From Chiloscyllium plagiosum (lineage: Eukaryota), in contig NC_057750.1 of assembly GCF_004010195.1 (NCBI RefSeq), forward strand, positions 3,220,761 to 3,284,760: DNA of 64,000 bases. Direction: 5' to 3'. Each line of letters begins with the position of its first letter. The stretch's first letter is position 1. A model generated the notes under the pieces. That model saw nothing but the letters and a program-made list of their open reading frames with translations. It was not told where the DNA came from and did not search any database. A program made the position numbers and the translations under genes. Below are positions 12,159-27,100 of this stretch, piece by piece.

Positions 12159-15100
12159 CTAGAGGGAAAAGAACAGAAAAAAGTGTATTTAAAGGAAACT
12201 AGATTGGGAAATGATAATTCCATATTAGTGCATACAATGACAGCAACTCGTGGAGATGCTAACAACTCATTGCAAGAAAAGTTACATCAAGAACAATATT
12301 TGCATCTATAATTTAGTGAAACCTTACAAGAAATGTCTTGGGTATATAATCAGTCAAAAATGACACCGTAACAAATGACATGCAAGTTTAATTGCATACA
12401 GTAAATTGGCTAGTTTTGATCTGAATCTTGTTGAAGAGAGACATGTTTCAGGAGTGTTTTGCCATGTACTCATTTATACTTGCTATAAACATCATGCATT
12501 CACAGGCAGGGACCCAATCTCCAAAAACAAAATGGGTTTTTTGCTCAAGCCTTGTACCTTTTTTGACTTAATCTGGAGTTTAGGAGCTGATAGTTCTACA
12601 TTACTTTCCTCATTATAGTGCTTCAACCAATCCAAGTCAACTTGCCAGCCAATCAGCACCCTTTTCTCCTATAGTATAAACTGATGTGATATTTTGAACT
12701 TTTGCACTCTTGCGTTTGTCCTGAAGACATAAACCTCAGCAATATGTTTCTCCTGTCAGCAAAATCCAGGTTAGGTATCACCAAAACCTTTGCTCCAGTG
12801 AAATGCAAACCAGCTTCAAGCTTAAACAAATCACAAGTTGTTGGGTTGCATTTCACTGGAGCAAGGGCATTCAAGTGCAGTTGGTGTAACTTGATTTGGG
12901 CAAGCAAATGTGGAGGAAGTCAGACCATGGTGAGCAGAGGGAAGACCATCAGAGCCCAAGCCAATATGTTGTTATTGGCAGTGAGAAATTATATCTACAT
13001 TTTGCTCAAGAATTCAATCTTCAAAAAGTGCATCTTTTAGTTACTGGTGAATAAGTCTCCTTACTTACCTCTTTATAGGTGATATTAATCACTCCTGTTC
13101 CAAACTTGTCCATAGTTTTGAATGATCCTAGAATGGAAAAAAAAATCTTTAACCGATGTTCACAATTGATTTGAGATTTAAAAGAATATTTGCAATTACT
13201 TAAAGGGTCTTGGAATGTATGTGCGATGTTTTCAATTGTGGGGAAGAACACAACTAGAGACATCAATATGATTTAGTCACCAAAACATTCAATAGGAATT
13301 TACCCGAAGAGTGGTAAAAATGTGGATCTTGGGACCAGAAGAGCATGGTTGAAGCAAATAGTGCAGTTGCATTTAGGGGCAGCTAAAGTAACATATAAGG
13401 GAAAAGAGAATAGAGCGTTAGAATAAATGTTGATGAGGCAAGATGGGAGGAGGCTTGAGTACAGCATAAACACTGGCATGGACTGGTTGGACCAAAACAA
13501 CTGTGCCATATATCCTATGGAACATACAAAATAGGAGTCGGTCACTTGGTACCTTGAACTTGCCCTGCTATTCAATAACATTGTAGTTGATCTGATTAAT
13601 CCGCACTGCCATCTAACCTGACCTCCCAATAAGCTCTCACCCCTTGCTTTGCTCTGTGCTAAAACTCTGTTTCCAGAAACTTTTGATTAAGAGACTCCTG
13701 AAGACTTGTGACCCTCTGAGGAAAAAAAACTCATCTCTGACTTAAATGAGCAAGCCTGTACCTTTAAACAGTGACCCCTCATTCTAGGTACTCCCACAAG
13801 CGGAAACATCTTCTCCACATCTATCAAGTCAAGTTCCCTCAGGATCTTATACATCTCAATCAAGTCATCTCTCACTCTTCTAAACTCCAGCTGATACAAG
13901 TAGAGTCTATTCCAACATTTCTTCATAAGACAACCAACCCATTCCAGGTATTAGTCTAGCAAACCTACTCTGAACTGCTTCCAACACATCTGCACCATTT
14001 CTTTAATAAGAAGATCCACGCTGTACACAGTATTCCAGATGAGGTCTTACCAAGGCCTGGTATAACTGTAAAACATTCCATATGATATTCTACTCTCTGT
14101 AAATTTAATGTCATCTAATGCGTGGCTGCTCATCTCTTAACTAACACCAAGCTCTGTCACTAACACTTCTGTGTTTGCTGACTTAAGCGTTCCTGGTCAA
14201 GCCACATCTCAATTTTAAAAGTCTCATCCTGGTTTTCAAATCATTCATTGCCTTGTCCCTCATTAAATCTAATTTCTTCCAGCCCCACAACTTTCCAAGA
14301 TATTCCCATGCAACTGCTTCTCATTTTGATCCTTGATTTGAAATGGGGGTTCTGGTCTGGGTCAGGAAGGTATAGCAATCTGGAGTAATCAGATTAGCCA
14401 TTCTTACTGAATGGCAGAGCAGGCTCAGGGGCCAAAGTGGCCTACTTATTCCATTTTGTATGTTCCACCGGATTATGGAGGATTTATGATACTGTCCACT
14501 CAGCCCAAATAATCCATGTCAGTGTTTAAGCTTCACTCAAGCCTCTTCTCATCTTTCCTCATCGACCTCCAGGTCTGAGCTTTTGGATGTCTGACCTAGT
14601 ATCTCCTTATGTGGCTTAGTGTCATATTGTTTTATAATGCTCCTGTGAAATAACCTTGCAGATTTTATTGTGTTAAGAGCACTATGCATATCTTGTTGCC
14701 TTTGTCACCTACTCCTTAACTAACTCCTTCCTAAGATCATGCAACTATTTGTGCTTTTAAAATTCAAATGGCAACGATGTAATCAATGTATCACAACCCT
14801 CCATCTTTTCTCCCTTATATGCTTTGTTAGCTTCCTCTTAAAATACATCTGTACTATTTGCTTCAAGCACATTCTTGTGGTCATCAGTTCTGCATTCTCA
14901 CCATTCTTTGGGTAAAAAAGTTATTTCTAAAATTTCCTATTGGATTTCTTGATGACTATCTCATATTGATCATCTCTAGTTACGTCCTGCAAGCCTTTTT
15001 TTCAATTGCCTTCGGATACCTGAGTCCCAAGCTCTGGAATTCCATTCCTGACACCTCTCTATCTCAATTTCCTACTCAAAACCTAGCTTTAGAACTGAGC

Positions 15101-18100
15101 TTTTGGATCAGGATTAGAGTGGCGCTGGAAAAGCAAAAATCAAAAGCCCTTCAACAGGAAGGGCTTTTGCCTGTTGAAGGGCTTTTGCCTGAAACGTCGA
15201 TTTTCCTGCTTCTCAGATGCTGCCCGACGTGCTGTGCTTTTCCAGCACCACTTTAATCCAACTCTAATCTCTAGCATCTGCAGTATCCACTTCCACCTAG
15301 CTGTGCTTTTGGATGTCTGACCTAGTATCTCCTTATGTGGCTCAGTGTCATGTTGTTTTATAATGCTCCTGTGAAATAACCTTGCAGATTTTATTGAGTT
15401 AAGAGCACTATGCATATCTTGTTGCCTTTGTCACCTACTCCCTAGCTAACTCCTTCTTAAGACCATGCAACCATTTGTGCTTTTAAAACTCAGATGGCAA
15501 CATTGTAATCAACTTCATTTACTTTATCTCCTCTTCACTTCCTAACCTTGGTGATATCCTTCACTGAAGGCCTTGACCCTACACTGTCATTTAAAATAAA
15601 CATTCTTTCTATGCAACAGAACCAGTATTGGCAGGGTGGAGAACTATGTGCAGCATCCGATCTGACCAGTCTGTGGCCTCTCTAGGCGTGTTCACGGTAC
15701 CTTTTGTCTGACTGATGATCATTCGTATTAAATTGTTGTTCATTTAGGATCAAAGAGCCTTAATTACTGAAGAGTGATGTAATGTTAGATTAATATGAAA
15801 TAGCATGGCTTCGGAGCAGAAAAAAACCCCCAAAAAATTAATCAACATTCACAAACCTGTACCAAAAGCACACTGCATTTTCTTTAGCAATATGGTTTTC
15901 CAGCTGAATCAAGACCCCTTTCTTTTCTTTCAGATGGATGTAAAGAAAATCATTCAGCATGTTTTGAAAGACCACAGGAGCTTTCCTCAGTGTCCTGGTC
16001 AATATTTATTACTCCAGCCACCACCACATTTTAAGAAAGATTTGAGTATCATCAAGAGGCTGCAGAGGGAAATAGCAGAATGGTTCCAGGGATGGTAAGG
16101 TTTCTGGTACGGAGTTAGACTTGAAAAACTGGGATTATTCTATGTGGAGAAAGAGATTTGGTTGGAGTGTACAAGATTGTGACAGGATTAGAGCTCTTTC
16201 CATTAGCTGATTGTAGACCAGATTTAAGATTTTGGGCAAGAGATACAGGGAAAATATGAGGAAAAATCTTTTTATGCAGTGAGTGGAATGACCTAGGATA
16301 CTCTGCCCATGGAGAGTTGAAAGCTGAAACAATCAATGATTTCAAAACGGATTTGGATGGACTCTTGAAGAAAATAAGTTTTCTGGGCTACAGGGATCAA
16401 GTGAGGGAATGGGACTAACTGAATTGGTCCACAGGGACCTTGTATGCACTAAATGGGACGAATATCCTCCACCTTTCGTGCCAAAAAGGTCTATAACTGG
16501 AACAGATTACTTGGTCATTTAGCTCAGGCTTGATTGTGGGAGTTTTCTGTGCCCAAGTTGGTTACTATGTCTCCTACAACAGTAAATACACTTCAAAAAA
16601 AAACTTAACTGGCTATAAAAGATCATCTTGAAACATGTTATAGAAATGTACATATCTTTTTCTAGCCCACACAAAAATATTCACAAGTTTTCATTGCAAT
16701 GGAGATTGAGGGCTGGAGGCAGAAGATATATAAATGTAGTGATCCTGTTGTCATGTCAGAAGCTCAGGACCCTGCCCAGGTCACACCCTTTGAAATGGAA
16801 TTTACACTTTGGTGAAAACACACCTTTAAAAAAAGACAGGACCATAAACAAGTTGTAACACTCCTTCTACAGATTTCTTCCCTGAGATAATAATGCATGA
16901 GTAATGAAAGGGTGGAGGATTGGATCCTCACTGATTGTTTCTCAGCACATGCCTACCTGTGGAACTGAGCCAAATGCACAGCATAACAGTCCAGTGGTTA
17001 TGAAGCTGGGTTAACAACTTAGAAGTCAAGTTCAAATTCCATTGGGTCAAAATTGCAAAAACAAATAAGTCAGTTCAGAAGAATCATATTCTCTCTCTCG
17101 CTCTCTCTCTCTCTCCATGGATGCTGCCAGACGTGCTGTGTTTCTCCAGCATTTTGTTGTTATTTCAAATTTCTGACATCCAGAATATTTTGTTTTTATT
17201 CAATACATTTTCTGGCTAGCATCAGAAAAATAAACATTAAATTGCTGAATTGTTTAAAAAAAAATTGGTTCATTAATCAAGAGCTGAGAAACAACTTTAT
17301 TCCTAGCCTTTCTTAATGGGTGGCATGGTGGCTCAGCAGTTAACACTGCTACCTCACAGCACCAGGGACCTGGGTTCGATTCCCACATTGGGTGACTGTG
17401 TGTGGAGTTTGCACATTCTCCCCGTGTCTGCGTGGGTTTCCACGCAGGTAAGGTAATGGGTGGCATGGTGGCTCAGCAGTTAACACTGCTACCTCACAGG
17501 GACCTGGGTTCGATTCCCACATTGGATGACTGTGTGTGGAGTTTGCACATTCTCCCCGTGTCTGCGTGGGTTTCCACGCAGGTAAGGTGGATTGGCCGTG
17601 CTCAATTGCCCATAGTGTGAGATGCAATAGTCAGGGGTAAATATAGGGTAGGGGAATGGGTCTGGGTGGGTTATTCTTCGGAGTGTCGGTGTGGACCTGT
17701 TGGGCCGAAGGGCCTGTTTCACAACTGTAGGGAATCTAATCTAATCTAATGGACTCAACTATAATCTCATCATAAGCCCCAAGAGACATAGAGCCACACA
17801 GCACAGAAACAGACTCCTTAGTCCACCACAACTATGCAGAACAACACTGGATTTTAGAAAAAAAAAATGGAGCTTAATAAATGGCATTAACAACTTAGGA
17901 GTATTGAAACAATATTCTCTGCCCTGATCAGATGTTGATTGAGACCTGATAACACTCATCTGCCTAACCCATAAATTCAGCTTACCTTGAAGTCTATATC
18001 AAAATTCAGACAAGATGCAGAGAGCTTTGGAAACTGGGCAGTCATTACAATCCATCGTTGTTCTTTGTCAGAGCCCTGTATGTCAGCCTTGGCTCAGTAG

Positions 18101-21100
18101 GTAGCACATACTTCTGAATCAAAAAGCTCCTGGTTCAAGTCACACTGCAAGGCTTTTTTTATTATCCTCTCATGGGGATTTCGGTGTCACTGGCCTGACC
18201 AGCATTTATTGGTCATTCTTAGTTGCCTCTTGACAAGGTGGTGATGAGCTGCCCTGCTGAACCGCTGCAGTCCATATGATGTAAGTAGACCCACAATACT
18301 GTTGAGGGCATGAGTTCTACGAATTTGACTGAGCAAAAGTGAAAGAACGGCGATATATTTCCAAGTCAGGACAGTGAGAGGCTTGGAGGGGAAGTCGCAC
18401 ATGGTGGTGTTCTCGTGTATCTGCTGCCCTTGCCCTAAATAGAAGTGGTTGTGGGTTTGGAAGGTGCTGTCTAAGGGTCTTTGGTGAATGTCTGCTGGGG
18501 AACATTTAGATGGTACACACTGCTGCTACTGAGTGGCGGTGGTGTAGTGGATACTTGTGGATGTGGTGTCATTCAAGCGAGGCTGCTTTGTCTTGGATGG
18601 TGTCAAGCTTATTGAGTGTTTTTGGAGTTGTAGTCATCCAAGCAAGTGGGGAATATTCCATCACACTCCTTGGACAGACGTTGGAGAGTCAGGAGGTGAA
18701 TTACTCACTGCAGGATTCTGGCCTGTATGTTGCCACTCCATTTATATGACAAATACAGCTTGAGCACAAAAATCAAAGCTAACACTTCAGTGCAGCTCTG
18801 CAGTGATGAAATAGGATAGACCAGATCTAAAAGTTGAAATTCTAAATTGGAGAAAGGCCAAATTTGACAGTATTAGGCAAGAATGTTCAAAAGCTGATTG
18901 GAGGCAGATGTTCGCAGGTAAAGGGACGGCTGGAAAATGGGAAGCCTTCAGAAATGAGATAAATTTTATTAAGGACAAAAGGGTATCAAGGGAGAGAATA
19001 GAGCCACTCAAAAATCAGCAAGGCGGCCTTTGTGTGGAGCCACAGAAAATGGGGGAGATACTAAATGAATATTTTGTATCAGTATTTACTGTGGAAAAGG
19101 ATATGGAAGATATAGATGTAGGGAAATAGATGGTGACAGCTTGCAAAATGTCCATATTACAGAGGAGGAAGTGCTGGATATCTTGAAACGGTTAAAAGTG
19201 GATAAATCCCCAGGACCTGATCAGGTGTACCCGAGAACTCTGTGGGAAGCTAGAGAAGTGATTACTGGGCCTCTTGCTGAGATATTTGTATCATCGATAG
19301 TCACAGGTGAGGTGCCGGAAGACTGGAGGTTGGCAAAAGTGGTGCCATTGTTTAAGAAGGCGGTAAAGACAAGCCAGGGAACTATAGACTGGTGAGCCTG
19401 ACCTCGATGGTGGAGGGAATCCTGAGTTGTTGGAGGGAATCCTGAGGGACAGGATGTACATGTATTTGGAAAGGCAAGGACTGATTAGGGATAGTCAACA
19501 TGGCTTTGTGCGTGGGAAATCATGTCTCACAAATTTGATTGAGCTTTTTGAAGAAGTAACAAAGAAGATTGATGAGGGCAGAGTAGTAGATATGATCTAT
19601 ATGGACTTCAGTAAGGCGTTCGACAAGGTTCCCCATGGGAGACTGTTTGGCAAGGTTAGATTTCATGGAATACAGGGAGAACTAGCCATTTGGATACAGA
19701 ACTGGATCAAAGGTAGAAGACAGAGGGTGGTGGTGGAGGGTTTGTTTTTCAGACTGGAGGCTGTGACCAGTGAGTGCCACAAGGATTGGTGCTGGGCCCT
19801 CTACTTTTTGTCATTTACATAAATGATTTGGATGCGAGCATAAGAGGTACAGTTAGTAAGTTTGCAGATGACACCAAAACTGGAGGTGTAGTGGACAGGG
19901 AAGAGGGTTACCTCAGATTACTAGGTAAAAACAATGACTGCACATGCTGGAAACCAGATTTTGGATTAGTGGTGCTGGAAGAGCACAGCAGTTCAGGCAG
20001 CATCCGAGGAGCAGTAAAATCGACGTTTCGGGCAAAAGCCCTTCATCAGGAATAAAGGCAGAGAGCCTGAAGCGTGGAGAGATAAGCTAGAGGAGGGTGN
20101 NNNNNNNNNNNNNNNNNNNNNNNNNNNNNNNNNNNNNNNNNNNNNNNNNNNNNNNNNNNNNNNNNNNNNNNNNNNNNNNNNNNNNNNNNNNNNNNNNNNN
20201 NNNNNNNNNNNNNNNNNNNNNNNNNNNNNNNNNNNNNNNNNNNNNNNNNNNNNNNNNNNNNNNNNNNNNNNNNNNNNNNNNNNNNNNNNNNNNNNNNNNN
20301 NNNNNNNNNNNNNNNNNNNNNNNNNNNNNNNNNNNNNNNNNNNNNNNNNNNNNNNNNNNNNNNNNNNNNNNNNNNNNNNNNNNNNNNNNNNNNNNNNNNN
20401 NNNNNNNNNNNNNNNNNNNNNNNNNNNNNNNNNNNNNNNNNNNNNNNNNNNNNNNNNNNNNNNNNNNNNNNNNNNNNNNNNNNNNNNNNNNNNNNNNNNN
20501 NNNNNNNNNNNNNNNNNNNNNNNNNNNNNNNNNNNNNNNNNNNNNNNNNNNNNNNNNNNNNNNNNNNNNNNNNNNNNNNNNNNNNNNNNNNNNNNNNNNN
20601 NNNNNNNNNNNNNNNNNNNNNNNNNNNNNNNNNNNNNNNNNNNNNNNNNNNNNNNNNNNNNNNNNNNNNNNNNNNNNNNNNNNNNNNNNNNNNNNNNNNN
20701 NNNNNNNNNNNNNNNNNNNNNNNNNNNNNNNNNNNNNNNNNNNNNNNNNNNNNNNNNNNTAGAGGTTTACAAAATTATGAGGGGCATGGATAGGATAAAT
20801 AGACAAAGTCTTTTCCCTGGGGTTGGGGAATCCAGAACTAGAGGGCATAGGTTTAGGGTGAGAGGGGAAAGATATAAAAGAGACCTAAGGGGCAACATTT
20901 TCATGCAGAGGGTGGTACGTGTATGGAATGAGCTGCCAGAGGAAGTGGTGGAGGCTGGTACAATTGCAACATTTAAAAGGGATTTGGATGGGTACATGAA
21001 TAGGAAGAGTTCGGAGGGATATGGGCCGGGTGCTGGCAGATGGGACGAGATTGGGTTGGGATATCTGGTCTGCATCTCTATGACTCTATATATTATGCTG

Positions 21101-24100
21101 TCAGAGAGTGTTGTCTTTCAGATGAGTTGCTGAATTGAGACCCCACCTGTCTGCTCGGATGGATGTAAAGCATCATGAGGCATTGCCTCAGAGCACAGTA
21201 AGGAAACGTTCCCTGTATCCTGGCCAATATTTATCCCTTAATCAACATCAGAAAAAAAACAGATTATTTGGTGCATCATCACATTGCTGTCTCAAACACC
21301 ACAACAAGCATAACACTTCAAAAAATAATTAATTGGCTGTAACATCTTTGGGATATCCAGTGATTGTGAAAGGTGCTATAAAAATTCAGTATTTCTTTAC
21401 ATCAAATAACGTTGTTCTCTAGAGTTCACTGGTTGTCTTACAATATGATCAGATTTACGCACAATATTCATATCACATCAACGGAAGAGAGATTTCCTTT
21501 TCTATCCCATTTATAATTGTAAACACTAATTCGGTTGAAAGTTCGGCAACTGCTTCCTGCTATTCCCCAGGTCACAGAATGGTGTGCTCAAGACTAAGAA
21601 TCCTCAGCAAGTATTGGAACTAGAAGACATAGTTTTGATCTAGTACATTCCACCAAGCCACTCTCATACAGAATGCTTTCAAACCATTCAGGATACACAC
21701 CAGAAAATTGCCGGAAATGCAAAGCAAGTCAGTCACCATCTGATAGGTGGATGGTCTGAGCGAGATTATACATCAGTGGTTCCACCCAAGGCACTAATTC
21801 ATCTTATCTCTTTTCAATGCTGATTCACTTGCTGAGTATTTCCAGTAATTTCTGATATGATTTTGCATTTCCGCCATTTGCAGCTTTTCTTTCTTAATCT
21901 CTTTTCTAAAGCATTCGGCTTTCTGACATTTTCCTAAGTGTCCAACGACAGCATGTGTAAGTCAGAGATTGCATGAGAAGCTAGGTGAGGGGTCACACTT
22001 TTTCGCTGAGAAATTAAAGACCTACTTGCTTCTTCCAGGGTTTTAGGGAGATATTAAAGAGTTTGTAATGGATTGTAAAGAGGTGAGAGTTAAGGAAGAG
22101 AGATGTACATTTCCACAGAGATTGACATGATCTCAGGACACCCTGAAGCATTTTACAGCCAATGAGGTACTTTTTAAAGTGTAGTCCCTGCTGGCATGGA
22201 GAAATCTGGCAAATTAATTTGATTTATTTATTGTCACGTGTATTTTGTTATATAATACAGTAAAGAGTGTTGTATACTGTCACCACTCTCTGGCGCCACA
22301 TTAAAACACAGAGAAATAAACCAAAATGTAGAATGTAAACGCAGAAGAATAAAGAAAAATGGTTTAACTTTACGGTCCTTCTTTTTAAGGGCTCCACCAG
22401 GGACCATGGGCCTGATGGCCAGGCACGAGTCACTTCACCGTGCCGCCATCACTGGAATCAGTCACCCATTGTCTGGGGCCATCTCACCTCCACTGACACC
22501 CCGGCCATTATGAACCTTGCTGCACTTCGCCAATGCAGATGCCACTGATGCCAGGTACCACACCAGCCCAAACTCGACCCTGCGGCTACCATTAGTCTGC
22601 TTCAGGTCCACCTGCTGATGCTGCTACTGCCAATGCTGCAGTGTCTTGTATTGAGCTCAAACTCACCTCTACAAATCTGCCCTGGAAGCAGACACCGTCA
22701 GGAACCCAAACTTGCCTCTCCCTCAGTAGCCATGAGAAGGCGCTAGGACCTTGTCATCAATGCACCCAAGCTCTCTCTGATGCTGCTGCCATGCGTCCAT
22801 GCTGGGTCTATGTACTAACCGTCAAGAGTCACACTGGGCCTATTTACTGACTGCCATGGGTCCACGCTGGACATATTTACTGACCACCACCGGTCTGTGC
22901 TGGGCCTATTTACTGACCGCCATCAGACTGCGCTGGACCTATGTACTGATCGCCATGAGCCCGTGCTGGGCCTATGTACTGATCACCTCGAGTCTGGGCT
23001 GGGCCTATTAACTGACCGTCACAAGCTTGCACTGGGCCTATGTACTGACCGTCACAAGACCGCACTGGACACATTTACTGACTGTCACAAGCCCGCACCG
23101 GACCTATTTACTGACCGTCACAAACCCGCACTGGGCCTATTTACTGACCGCCATGAGCCCGTGCTGGGCCTATGTACTGATCACGAGTCTGTGCTGAATC
23201 TATGTACTGATCACCATGAGTCCATGCTGGGCCTTTGTACTGATCGCCATGAGTCCGTGGTGGGCCTATTTACTGACCGACACAAGCCTGCACTGGACAT
23301 ATTTACTGACCGCCACCAGACTGCGCTGGGCCTATTTACTGACCGCCATGAGTCTGCGCTGGGCCTATTTAGACCGCCATGCTTCCACTCTGGGCCTATT
23401 TACTGACCGCCACCAGACTGCGCTATGTCTATTTACTAATCGCCACCAGTTCGTGCTGGGACTATTTACTGATTGCCACCAGACTGCGCTGGACATATTT
23501 ACTGACCGCCACCAGACTGCGCTGGACCTATGTACTGATCGCCATGAGCCCGTGCTGGGCCTATTTACTGACTGCCACCAGTCCGCGTTGGGCCTATTTA
23601 CTGACCGCCACCAGTCCGCGCTGGGCCTATTTACTGACAGCCATCAGTCCGCGCTGGGCCTATTTACTGACCGCCATCAGTCCGCACTGGGCCTATTTAC
23701 TGACTGCCACAGGTCCGCACTGGGCCTATTTACTGACCGCCACCAGTCTGCGCTGGACTTATTTACTGACTGCCATGAGTCCGTGCTGGGCTTATTTACT
23801 GACTGCCATGGGTCCATGCTGGGCCTATTTATTGACCGCCATGAGTCTGTGCTGGGCCTCTTTGCTGACTGCCACGGATCTGCGCTGGACCTATTTACTG
23901 ACTGCCTCCAGTCCGCGCTGGGCCTATTTACTGACTGCCACTAGGCCACGCTGAGCCTATTTACTGACTGCCATGGATCCACGCTGGACCTATGTACTGA
24001 TCGCCATGAGCCCATGCTGGGCCTATGTATTGATCACCACGAGTCTGTGCTGGGCCTATTTACTGATCACCACGAGTCTGTGCTGGGCCTATTTACTGAC

Positions 24101-27100
24101 CGCCACAAGCCCGCACTGGGCCTATTTACTGACCGTCACAAGCCCGCACTGGACATATTTACTGACCGCCACCAGACTGCACTGGGCCTATTTACTGACC
24201 GCCATGAGCCCATGCTGGGCCTATTTACTGACCGCCATGAGCCTGTGCTGGACCTATGTACTGATCGCCATAAGTCCATGCTGGGCCTTTGTACTAATCG
24301 CCATGAGTCTGTGCTGGGCCTATTTAGTGACTGTCACAAGCCCGCACAGGACATATTTAGTGACCGCCACCAGACTGCGCTGGGCCTATTTACTGACCGC
24401 CATGAGTCTGCGCTGGCCTATTTAGACTGCCATGAGTCCACGATGGGCCTATTTACTGACTGCCACCAGTCCACGCTGGGCCTATTTACTGACTGCCATC
24501 AGACTGTGCTGGGCCTATTTACTGACCGCCATCAGACTGCACTAGGTCTATTTACTAATCGCCACCAGACTACGCTGGGACTATTTACTGACCGCCACCA
24601 GACTGTGCTGGACATATTTACTGACCGCCACCAGTCTGCGCTGGATCTATGTACTGATCGCCACGAGCCCGTGCTGGGCCTATTTACTGACCGCCACCAG
24701 ACTGCACTGGGTCTATTTACTAACTGCCACCAGACTGCGCTGGGCCTATTTACTGACTGCCACCAGACCGTGCTGGGCCTATTTACAGACCGCCACCAGA
24801 CTGCACTGGGTCTATTTTCTGGCTGCCATGCGCCCGCACTGGGCCTATTTACTGACCGCCACCAGACTGTGCTAGATCTATTTACTGACCGCCACCAGTC
24901 CGCGCTAGGCCTATGTACTGTCTGCCACCAGTCCACGCTGGGCCTATTTACTGACTGCCACCAGTCCATGCTGGGCCTATTTACTGACTGCCACCAGACT
25001 GCACTGGGTCTATTTACTGGCAGCCATGCACCCACACTGGGCCTATTTACTGACCGCCACCAGAACGCACTGGGTCTATTTACTGACCGCCACCAGTTCG
25101 TGCTGGGACTATTTACTGACCACCACCAGACTGCGCTGGACCTATGTACTGATCGCCATGGTTCCGTGCTGAGCCTTTGTACTGATCACCATGAGTCCAT
25201 GCTGGGCCTATTTACTGACCGTCACAAGCCCACACTGGACATATTTACAGACCACCAGCAGACTGCGCTGGGCCTATTTACTGACCGCCACCAGACTGTG
25301 CTGGGCCTATTTACTGACCGCCACCAGACTGCGCTAGATCTATTTACTGGATTAGTGGTGCTGGAAGAGCACAGCAGTTCAGGAAGCATCCAAGGAGCAG
25401 CGAAATCGACGTTTCGGGCAAAAGCCCTTCATCAGGAATAAAGGCAGAGAGCCTGAAGCGTGGAGCGATAAGCTAGAGGATGGTTGGGGTGGGGAGAAAG
25501 TAGCATAGAGCTGAGGAAATGACCTGGGAGTTGCAGCGGGAGAGGGACTCCCTGAGATTCTTGTAGAGAGAAGAGGAAAACTTCTTCAAGACAGGCATCC
25601 TTGCAAGAGGATTCACAGTGGGGTTAAAATCGAGGTAAAAACAATGACTGCAGATGCTGGAAACCAGATTCTGGATTAGTGGTGCTGGAAGAGCTAGTTA
25701 CTGACCGCTACCAGAACGCGCTGGGCCTATTTACTGACTGCCACCAGACTGCACTGGTTCTATTTACTGACTGCCACCAGACTGCACTGGGCCTATTTAC
25801 TGACCGCCATCAGGCTGCTCTAGGTTGATTTACTGTCTGCCACCAGACTGCGCTGGGCCTATTTACTGACCGCCACCAGAACGCACTGGGTCTATTTACT
25901 GACCGCCACCAGTTCGTGCTGGGACTATTTACTGACCACCACCAGACTGCGCTGGACCTATGTACTGATCGCCATGGTTCCGTGCTGAGCCTTTGTACTG
26001 ATCACCATGAGTCCATGCTGGGCCTATTTACTGACCGTCACAAGCCCACACTGGACATATTTACAGACCACCAGCAGACTGCGCTGGGCCTATTTACTGA
26101 CCGCCACCAGACTGTGCTGGACATATTTACTGACCGCCACCAGTCCGCGCTGGATCTATGTACTGATCGCCACGAGCCCGTGCTGGGCCTATTTACTGAC
26201 CGCCACCAGACTGCGCTGGGCCTATTTACTGACCGCCATCTGGCTGCTCTAGGTTGATTTACTGTCTGCCACCAGACTGCGCTGGGCCTATTTACTGACC
26301 GCCACCAGTCCGCGCTGAATCTATTTACTGACCGCCACCAGTCCGCGCTGGGCTTATTTACTGACCGCCACCAGTCCGCGCTGGGCCTATTTACTGACCG
26401 CCACCAGTCCGCGCTGGGTCTATTTACTGACCGCCACCAGACTATGCTGGGTCTATTTACTGACCGCCACCAGTCCGCGCTGGGCTTATTTACTGACCGC
26501 CACCAATTCGCACTGGGCCTATTTACTGACTGCCACCAGACTGCGCTGGGCTTATTTACTGACCGCCACCAGTCCGCGCTGGGCTTATTTACTGACCGCC
26601 ACCAATTCGCACTGGGCCTATTTACTGTCCGCCACCGGACTGCGCTGGGCCTATTTACTGACTGCCAGCAGTCTACACTGGGCCTATTTACTGACTGCCA
26701 CTAGTCCACCAGGTCGCACTGGGTCTATTTACTGACCGCTACCAGACTGCACTGGGCCTATTTATTGACTGCCACCAGTCTACACTGGGCCTATTTACTG
26801 ATTGCCACAAGACTGCACTGGGTCTATTTACTGACCGCTACCAGACTGCACTGGGTCTATTTACTGACTGCTACCAGACTGCACTGGGCCTATTTACTGA
26901 CTGCCACAAGTCCACGCTGGGCCTATTTACTGACTGCCACCAGTCCATGCCGGGCGTATTTACTGACCGCCATGAGTCCGCGCTGGGCCTATTTACTGAC
27001 CGCCATGAGTCCGCGCTGGGCCTATTTACTGACCGCCACCAGACTGCGCTGGGCCTATTTACTGACCGCCCTCAGACTGCACTAGGTCTATTTACTAACT

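Noticed and set aside
12620..12740. CCAAT-CCAAT-TATAAA cluster as an antisense promoter in the last intron
   Set aside because: Motif-only evidence, probably a decayed repeat terminus
20087..20848. ORFs made of X residues (also 53858-54964)
   Set aside because: Artefacts of N gaps
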